Source of the DNA: a candidate division WOR-3 bacterium
GTDB taxonomy: Bacteria > Hydrothermota > Hydrothermia > LBFQ01
Assembly: GCA_039802605.1 (NCBI GenBank)
Contig: JBDRWW010000001.1
Span: forward strand, 256,001 to 320,000
Length of the DNA: 64,000 nucleotides
Reading direction: 5' to 3'
A model generated the notes under the pieces. The model had not been told where the DNA came from and ran no database searches. It saw only the letters and a list, made by a program, of their open reading frames with translations. Shown piece by piece: positions 57,332 through 64,000 of the stretch (the stretch's first letter is position 1; every line of letters begins with the position of its first letter). The translations under genes were made by a program, and so were the position numbers.

Positions 57332-59288
57332 GGGTTTAAGCCTTCAACCTCAGGGAACATTTGGTGGGCCTTCAACGGAAGTGGTTATCCTAATAGATGT
57401 TTCCGGTAGTATGGTTAAACTGGATCCGGAAGGTCTCGCCCGCGAAGGTTCAAAAATGATAAACGATATAGCGGATATCCTTCAAGCCCCTGTAAAGGTT
57501 AATGTAATATTTTACGGGGAAAAGAGTAGGGTAATAGCCTTGGGTTTAAATCCGGCGGAGGTTAAAAATATATTAACCGATTCCTTAAAGGCTGTAAAAT
57601 ACGAGAAATATTCCGATCTGAGGTCCGCATTGGTGCTCGCGAAAGATATACTTAAAAAGCGCTCGGATAAAAGACAGGCGTTTGTAATAATTTTAACGGA
57701 TGGGCGGATCAAAGAGGACGATATACCTTCGGGAGAAGATATAAACAATTACCTCGCAACCCTTTCATCCATGGCGTCGGATTTTAAGGATAACAACTGG
57801 AACATTTTTGTATTTTCAACACATGAAGCCGTTCAAAGCATAATTGATTTGGCCAACTTTTCGGGTGGTGCATATGAAAAACTGGATAACTTGTCCGAGT
57901 TATCTTCAAGGTTTATAAACCTTATGGAGGAGAAGGTATTGAGGTTTAAGGTGGATGTGAAACCAAATTCACTTATTGAACTTCCAGTGGAAGAGGGAGT
58001 TGCGGAAATAGGTTTGGTTATAGGGTTCAATCCGAAAGAGAGGCATTACTTAAAAATTTACGACCCATATGGGAAAGAGGTTGAGGGTAAAAGGAAGGAA
58101 GGTAAAGGATATATCGTGGTTATAGTTGAAAACCCTAAACCCGGAGTATGGAAGTTTGAAATATCCAAAGGGGCTACAATACTATTATCAATGGCCATTC
58201 CGAAGATTATTTCCCCAAGTTGGGAACATCCGTATACGGAGCCGATAAATGTTAAACTCAAGCTTGAACCGATATTACCAAAGCATCCCGATTGGAAAAA
58301 CTTTAATGCCAAAATATATGTGGAATATCCTTCCGGAAAACAAGAAGTATATGACCTATACGATGACGGCAAAAACGGAGATGAAAACCCATGGGATGGT
58401 ATATTTGGGAGGAACATAGGGAAGTTTCCCGAAGGGGAATATGTATTCACGGCGGTCGTTAGCCATAGGCCCACAAATGCGGAAATCCGCATAAAAAAGA
58501 GGGTAAAATTGGTTTATATACCCATTCCCAAAATAGACATTGAAGGACCTTGGATATTGAGCAGGCCATTAAAGATTTCCATAGGAATATCAAACAGGAG
58601 CGGGAAGGTTTTTACGGAGGAAAACTACACCCTCAGGGTTGTGGATCCAAAGGGGAATACGGAAAATGTAAATCTTCAAAGGGACAACTTCGGCCAGTGG
58701 TTTGGATATTACGAAAAAACCTTCTATCCGGGGAAATATAAGGTTTTTGGCGCTGCAAATGTTGTGGTTAAAGATTCAAATAGGGTTATGAGGTTTTCAA
58801 ACATCACAATTGAGGATACATTTACCCTATGCGTGGATTTTTACAAATCAAAGATACCCTCTTTCTTGTTCTTCGGCCAAATGCCCGGTAGGACATATAC
58901 CCATAAATTAACCCTATTAAACTACTGCGATACCGATATAAGGATAAGGTTCTCGTATCTTAGGTCTGTTTTTTCGGATACTTTAAAGGATAAGACCATT
59001 TCCGAATCCCAAAGGCCACAGTTTGAAAAGGTTGAACCGATAGAAATTCCACCATCAAAGGGGCAACCAACGGCCGCATATGTAAATTTAAAGTGGATTA
59101 TACCAAGGGAGGCAAAATCCGGAACATATGACATTGTTTTAAAGGGGACGCAGGCACCGTCTTATAGGCCGATAGAGATAAGGTATCCCTCCAAAGTTGG
59201 CTCTTGGAAACAGGTTTGGATAACATTCGTAGGGATGGGAGTTCTCGTCGTTGGTGGGGGATTTGCCGCCTGGCACTTCACAAGATGA
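57303..59288 (+). CDS. VWA-domain surface protein with choice-of-anchor-X-like motif and C-terminal membrane anchor
   Basis: MIDAS DVSGSM and LTDG; LYDDGKNGD...DGIF; C-terminal TM helix. Confidence 0.8.
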   Translation: MVWLVMGQIEGLSLQPQGTFGGPSTEVVILIDVSGSMVKLDPEGLAREGSKMINDIADILQAPVKVNVIFYGEKSRVIALGLNPAEVKNILTDSLKAVKYEKYSDLRSALVLAKDILKKRSDKRQAFVIILTDGRIKEDDIPSGEDINNYLATLSSMASDFKDNNWNIFVFSTHEAVQSIIDLANFSGGAYEKLDNLSELSSRFINLMEEKVLRFKVDVKPNSLIELPVEEGVAEIGLVIGFNPKERHYLKIYDPYGKEVEGKRKEGKGYIVVIVENPKPGVWKFEISKGATILLSMAIPKIISPSWEHPYTEPINVKLKLEPILPKHPDWKNFNAKIYVEYPSGKQEVYDLYDDGKNGDENPWDGIFGRNIGKFPEGEYVFTAVVSHRPTNAEIRIKKRVKLVYIPIPKIDIEGPWILSRPLKISIGISNRSGKVFTEENYTLRVVDPKGNTENVNLQRDNFGQWFGYYEKTFYPGKYKVFGAANVVVKDSNRVMRFSNITIEDTFTLCVDFYKSKIPSFLFFGQMPGRTYTHKLTLLNYCDTDIRIRFSYLRSVFSDTLKDKTISESQRPQFEKVEPIEIPPSKGQPTAAYVNLKWIIPREAKSGTYDIVLKGTQAPSYRPIEIRYPSKVGSWKQVWITFVGMGVLVVGGGFAAWHFTR

Positions 59289-59935
59289 CAACATTTTTGA
59301 CCCTTCAACCCTTAATATTTGGAAGGTGGGATTTAATGTTGGGGTACGGTCTTGATGAGAGGGGTTATTATACGAGGTTTGACATGATAGGTGAATGGCT
59401 GATAACGGGAGAGGACATGGCTTTAATATTTGATATGCCTTTTGTTCATAACGGATTGGAATTTTCCCTAACGGATACAAAGTTTGGAGCAAAGGTTAGG
59501 TTTTTGGAAACCGGATATGTTAATTTTAACCTCATTTTCCCCACTGGGAAGTTTTCGAGCAGGAATCCCGCCGGTGAAGTGCTTTTCGGTAGGTATATAA
59601 AAAGGGATACGAATTTCGGTTTGTTCCTTATTGCAGGGGGGTCTTTTACCGCCGCATCGGACACAAACGAGTATGCATATAACAATAAGGTTTCTTATAG
59701 GAGGGCTTACAGGCATATGAATGTTGAACTCATGGCATACAAAGGCATCGGCGAAACCATGGGAGCCGGTATCTCCATAGCGGGGGATTACGCGTACTCT
59801 TTGAACTCCTTTTGGACATCCGTAAAGGTTGGATATTATATAGCGCCGTTTGTTGAAATTGGGGGGCAGTTTTGGTTGTACAAGCCGAGGCCCGAGGTTT
59901 TCAGGTTGTATATACTTGGAAACCTTTTCATATGA
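59285..59935 (+). CDS. Hypothetical protein, possibly outer-membrane beta-barrel
   Basis: ATGA-coupled at both ends; amphipathic beta-strand pattern. Confidence 0.5.
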   Translation: MTTFLTLQPLIFGRWDLMLGYGLDERGYYTRFDMIGEWLITGEDMALIFDMPFVHNGLEFSLTDTKFGAKVRFLETGYVNFNLIFPTGKFSSRNPAGEVLFGRYIKRDTNFGLFLIAGGSFTAASDTNEYAYNNKVSYRRAYRHMNVELMAYKGIGETMGAGISIAGDYAYSLNSFWTSVKVGYYIAPFVEIGGQFWLYKPRPEVFRLYILGNLFI

Positions 59936-60879
59936 TAGATCACCTCGAATTTTTCAAAAAAAACCTTGTCCCGAATTTAATAATTATGGCGGGTGAGGAA
60001 CAATATCCCGCCGATATGATAGTGAAGGAATATAAAAGGAGGATTGAGGCGGATTCAACAACCGTTATATGGGCGGACGAATACGAAAACCTGATAGGGA
60101 AGGTTGTGGAAAAGTTGGGTGCGGGTATAATGAGGAGAAATGTGGTTTGGGTTAAGGGTTTGGAGAGGGTAAAGGGGTATAAAAAGGTTTTGAGGGATTT
60201 GGTAAAATCCGTAAGGGGTTTTAAGGGTTGTGCAATTTCCGTATCGGATAGCGTTGAAGAGTTTAAGGACTTGGAAGGTCAGGGGGTTTTGTTGATAAAT
60301 ATGAGGCCTTTAACCGAAGATGAATTTAAAAAATGGTTAAAAAAACATCTACCCTGGATTGCGAGTAGGCCCGAGCTTATGGGGATATTAGAAGATAGTT
60401 TTAAGGGTATGCACTTGTCGGAAATATACCTTGAAATTAAAAAGTTAAAGCTCTTTTCGGAAACACCCGCAAGGGAATCACTAAACCTTCTATGGCATCA
60501 ACCCACAACAAAGGTTTATGAACTCGCGAATTACATACTTTCAAAGGATATAGAAGGTGCTTTTAGGGTTTTGGACAACTTAAAAGAGCAGGGAGAGAAT
60601 CCGATAAATATAGTGTCGTTTTTAATGAGGGAAGTAGAAAGGTTGGTTTATATAAAATTGGGTAAAAATCTTCCCAAATACCAATACGCAAGGTTGAAAA
60701 AATACCAAAACTGGATTTCAAACGGGGAAATTTCGTTGGCACTTGAAAAACTCAAAAGGGCGGATTTTGATCTAAAGGGGAAAATAAGGGGAGAATCCCA
60801 GTGGTCTTATTTGAAGGTTTTGGTAAAGGATTTGGTTAAACTCTTGGGTAAAATACCCTATGAAGATTCTCGCCCTTAG
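59932..60879 (+). CDS. holA: DNA polymerase III subunit delta
   Basis: GEEQY, EIKKLKLF, VYELANYI...A and ADFDLKG; divergent. Confidence 0.7.
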   Translation: MIDHLEFFKKNLVPNLIIMAGEEQYPADMIVKEYKRRIEADSTTVIWADEYENLIGKVVEKLGAGIMRRNVVWVKGLERVKGYKKVLRDLVKSVRGFKGCAISVSDSVEEFKDLEGQGVLLINMRPLTEDEFKKWLKKHLPWIASRPELMGILEDSFKGMHLSEIYLEIKKLKLFSETPARESLNLLWHQPTTKVYELANYILSKDIEGAFRVLDNLKEQGENPINIVSFLMREVERLVYIKLGKNLPKYQYARLKKYQNWISNGEISLALEKLKRADFDLKGKIRGESQWSYLKVLVKDLVKLLGKIPYEDSRP

Positions 60880-61786
60880 GCTTTCCGCCCTCGGAGATGT
60901 AATACTATCAACACCGATTTTGGAATATTTAAGTAAAAAGGGTGTTTTGGATTTTTTAACTTATGAAGAATATGCGGATATTTTTAGGGAAGACCCGAGG
61001 ATAAACAGGGTTTGGAGGGTTAAGAGGAAGGGTTTGATGAAATTGGTGGATATTTTAAAAGAGCAGGATTACGACCTTCTTGTTGATTTACAGGTTAAAC
61101 CCATAACGGTTTTTTTCTCAAAAATTCTAGGTGTAAAAACCATTAGGGTTGATAAGAAAACTATAAAAAGGAGACTACATGTTTGGTTTGGGTTGGATTA
61201 CGAAGGCGGTGTTGTTTGGAAGAGGTACCTTAAAAATGTTGCGGATTATTTTGGCGAGGAACCACCAAATACTTATCCAAAAATATATCCGCCGGATGTC
61301 CTTTTACCCTTTGATATTCCGGATAACTTTGTGGCTATATTTCCCGAGGCGAGTACAAAATTAAAGAGGTGGGATTTTGAAAGGTTTTTAAATGTTGCAA
61401 AAGTTTTAACGGATAAGGGGATAAATGTCGTGTGGATGGGAAAAGAAAGTTTTCCCGAAGTGGATGTAGGTTTGGATTTGAGGGGTAAAACGGATATTTT
61501 ACAAACGATAAAGGTTATAGGTTCGGCCAATTTAGTTTTATCAAACGATAGCGCACCGGTTCATATGGCGAGGGCTTTAAACATACCGGTTGTCGTGATT
61601 ATGGGACCCACAGCAAAAACTTTGGGTTTTGTTTATGAAGGGATTAGGGTTGTTGAAAAAAACTTAAATTGTAGGCCATGCTCAACAAACGGTGGGGGTA
61701 GGTGTTGGAGGGGGGATAGGGAATGTTTGAACATAAACGAATTTGATGTCATTTCCTCAATTTTTGAATTAATTCGTCAAATTTAG
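60860..61786 (+). CDS. GT9 family (LPS heptosyltransferase-like) glycosyltransferase
   Basis: RLSALGDV, DLQ, KRW, SNDSAPVHMA, GPT and CRPC motifs. Confidence 0.9.
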   Translation: MKILALRLSALGDVILSTPILEYLSKKGVLDFLTYEEYADIFREDPRINRVWRVKRKGLMKLVDILKEQDYDLLVDLQVKPITVFFSKILGVKTIRVDKKTIKRRLHVWFGLDYEGGVVWKRYLKNVADYFGEEPPNTYPKIYPPDVLLPFDIPDNFVAIFPEASTKLKRWDFERFLNVAKVLTDKGINVVWMGKESFPEVDVGLDLRGKTDILQTIKVIGSANLVLSNDSAPVHMARALNIPVVVIMGPTAKTLGFVYEGIRVVEKNLNCRPCSTNGGGRCWRGDRECLNINEFDVISSIFELIRQI

Positions 61787-62450
61787 AGTATATTTCTTCC
61801 CAATCCACATTTTCAAAGGGTACCGTATCGTCCTTTGATTTACCCGTTTTTTTACCCCCGGTTTCCTTATTTTTTACATAACTTTCAAAATCAACTTCAA
61901 TCTTCCTTTCATTAAAGTTTTTTAACATTTCTAGGTTCTCGGCAGTTGTATCGGGCTCTTTCTTCGTGTATTTTATAAACCCCCTTTCAAAATCCTTCTC
62001 ATTAAAGTTTTTTGACATTTCTATTTTCTCGGCCGTTGTATCGGGTTCTTTCTTCGTGTATTCCACCTTAGTGTTTTCCTTTTTTGAAAGTTTGTTTAAA
62101 TAATCGTCAAATTCCGCGGGATCCCATATTACAACATTTTTGTTAATCCACTTTACCCTATTCGCAAGGGCTTTATCCCTCGTTATCACTTTAATATTAC
62201 CCTTATTTTTTGAAACGAATTCAATTATCCAATCGTCCGCTTTTTTATCACTACCAACCCAAACCATATGATTTGCACCCGCGTAGTTCTCGTTATATCC
62301 ATCAAAAACGAATAAGAAGTCTTTCTTACCGGCCTCTTCCAAAATCCTTATGGCATCCTCTACAACCCCAATGGCCTCTTCTAATGTAATGGCTTTACCG
62401 CCCTTTGAAAATGCATAGTTTAAGGCATCAACTATTATCATCATTTTCAA
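61749..62450 (-). CDS. NYN/YacP-like PIN-domain nuclease with low-complexity tail
   Basis: IVDALN, VFDG, ADDWI and VITRDKAL acidic PIN motifs. Confidence 0.8.
   Translation of the reverse strand: MKMMIIVDALNYAFSKGGKAITLEEAIGVVEDAIRILEEAGKKDFLFVFDGYNENYAGANHMVWVGSDKKADDWIIEFVSKNKGNIKVITRDKALANRVKWINKNVVIWDPAEFDDYLNKLSKKENTKVEYTKKEPDTTAEKIEMSKNFNEKDFERGFIKYTKKEPDTTAENLEMLKNFNERKIEVDFESYVKNKETGGKKTGKSKDDTVPFENVDWEEIYSKFDELIQKLRK
61909..62062. repeat. Intragenic tandem duplication, 90-bp period (61909-61972 and 61999-62062)
   Basis: YTKKEPDTTAEKIEMSKNFNE / YTKKEPDTTAENLEMLKNFNE; 5 mismatches in 64 bp by my count. Confidence 0.9.
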
Positions 62451-64000
62451 AATACAGCTCTCAAAACTATTGAAGATATCGGATAGGATGTTGTTAGGTT
62501 TGCGAAATCGGCATCCGGGTTTGTGGGGTCAAAGGTAATGTTTTTATTGGGGAAAAGGTTAATAACGGAAAAGGAAATGTCAAACTTAAACCCACCAAAT
62601 TCAAGGGGTATGGGTGCCCTGCTGAAAACATCAATGCGAGCATAGGGTGGTAGTTTTAGCCTATTTGTGGTATCCTGTATATAAACCTCCCCGTAAAAAG
62701 GCGTCCTGTAATGGCTTAAATACCCCCTGTAAGGCCTTCCCACCAAGTAAGCTATGGAAACCCCCAATATAACCTCGTATTTGTCCCTTATAAGGTGAAA
62801 GGATGCCGTTCCGTTTATAGTATGATTTACATCCCAAGGGGTTGGTAAAAATTCGGATGTATCCGTCAGTTTTATCCTTGAAATCATAAATGTGTAAGAC
62901 AAATCGGCGGTTAGGGGTACGGGTACCTTGCTCTCCTTCCTTACCCAAAGGTCAAAACCGAAGGAGTTCATGATCCCAACCCTTTCGTTTAAATCCTCAT
63001 CCAAATATACAAACTTCGGGTAATACTTCTCAAATATGTTTATTTCGGATATGCCCCAGGGGAAAACCCTTTCACCACCAAATATAACCTGATAGGATAG
63101 TATTTCGTTTTGTTTTACGGGGGTGTAGAAGAAGAATTGGGGGGGGAATGCATAAAGGGATGTTATAAACTGCCTATAAATACCACCCTGAACCTTTAAC
63201 GCATTCGTGGAATTAAAGTAATACTTAAAAAATCCCGAAGGGGATGGTTTTAATCCCACATCGTACATATAATCCAGCCTTATACCGAATTCCGTTAAAA
63301 TGTTTATGTTTTCAAACCTATACTTTATGTAGTTTCCGATAAAGGGCTTTTTCTCGCCTTTGCTTATGGAATCCTTATCAATGTTTGCGTTATAAAGGCT
63401 TATTTCGTTTCCGAACGAAAAGGAGGAAAACTCGGCATCGTTCCTAAGGGTTAAAACCGAAAAGTTGGAGTTTATGCTCTTGGGCTGTATTCTAGGGTTA
63501 AAGGGGTCTTTCCTTGAACTGTCCCAAGAATTGAATGTTGATATTGAATAAACCAATCTGGGCCTTAAAAATACCTTGCCCATGTAATACCTTCCGTTTA
63601 TTGAGAATCCGCCGTTTAAAATGCCCGCTTTGTAATACAACCCCCTGTAATCGTTTAAATATATGTTATCCGAAATGTTTGCAATGTACGAAAGGGAAAA
63701 GCCTTTTAAAGAGTTGCCAAAATCAAATTTGCCGGATAAATCCCCAAGCCTTATTCCCACCTTTCTCCAATACTTCAAAGGTGCAAACAACCCCATCCTC
63801 AAAGAGAAGAGCCAACCCTTAGCCAGTGCGGAAAAACCCGTATTTGTTCTGCTAAACCTGAAAACATACCTCAAACTATCAGAACTCTTACTCTTAAAGG
63901 ATATTAAAGAACCCGATAGGTTGCCGATTTCAGGCGTAAATCCACCCCTCAAAAACTCAACACCACCAACAATATCCACATTTATGGGTGTGTACATCCC
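62447..64000 (-). CDS. TonB-dependent receptor, C-terminal part (5' end outside window)
   Basis: VEFLRGGF..EIGN.SGSLI plug end, GIRLDY, TPWDVNH, LPPYARID; C-terminal F. Confidence 0.8.
   Translation of the reverse strand, partial: GMYTPINVDIVGGVEFLRGGFTPEIGNLSGSLISFKSKSSDSLRYVFRFSRTNTGFSALAKGWLFSLRMGLFAPLKYWRKVGIRLGDLSGKFDFGNSLKGFSLSYIANISDNIYLNDYRGLYYKAGILNGGFSINGRYYMGKVFLRPRLVYSISTFNSWDSSRKDPFNPRIQPKSINSNFSVLTLRNDAEFSSFSFGNEISLYNANIDKDSISKGEKKPFIGNYIKYRFENINILTEFGIRLDYMYDVGLKPSPSGFFKYYFNSTNALKVQGGIYRQFITSLYAFPPQFFFYTPVKQNEILSYQVIFGGERVFPWGISEINIFEKYYPKFVYLDEDLNERVGIMNSFGFDLWVRKESKVPVPLTADLSYTFMISRIKLTDTSEFLPTPWDVNHTINGTASFHLIRDKYEVILGVSIAYLVGRPYRGYLSHYRTPFYGEVYIQDTTNRLKLPPYARIDVFSRAPIPLEFGGFKFDISFSVINLFPNKNITFDPTNPDADFANLTTSYPISSIVLRAVF

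Noticed and set aside
806..63822. Numerous short antisense or alternate-frame ORFs in the track (e.g. 1841-2323, 34560-35036, 46071-46526, 58058-58492)
   Set aside because: They overlap well-supported genes, have the Ser/Pro/Phe-rich composition expected of shadow frames, and show no recognisable motifs.

Overview
A very compact, mostly housekeeping stretch of a bacterial chromosome. Genes abut or overlap, and I saw no rRNA, CRISPR array, transposase or integrase. Gene content points to a thermophilic, diderm, protein-degrading bacterium: AGG/ATA-rich codons, archaeal-type FBP aldolase/phosphatase, LPS heptosyltransferase, TonB-dependent receptors, a GWxTD protein, and proteases with T9SS-like tails. 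An FCB-related lineage such as WOR-3 is my inference only. Core genes include dxs, mfd, panD, trmD, prfB, murG, tmk, asd, tatC, alaS, rlmB, prfA, uvrA and holA, plus tRNA-Arg(TCT) and tRNA-His(GTG). Main observations: (1) four tandem, translationally coupled Uma2/DUF820 nuclease genes share a perfectly identical 50-bp block followed by a hypervariable segment, and show mosaic structure; (2) both restriction-modification loci are flanked by direct repeats that duplicate the promoter/start region of the downstream housekeeping gene; (3) about 20 operon-leading genes have a TA(A/T/G)AAT box, often preceded by CAACCT, mostly 6-11 nt before the start codon with no SD, suggesting a largely leaderless transcriptome; (4) both tRNAs are followed 1-2 nt later by a TTG-initiated gene; (5) exported and outer-membrane proteins appear to have ultrashort (about 6-9 aa) uncharged signal peptides; (6) the prfB frameshift site uses TAA rather than TGA; (7) the B12 mutase carries isobutyryl-CoA mutase specificity residues. 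All family calls come from reading motifs by eye; no database search was run.
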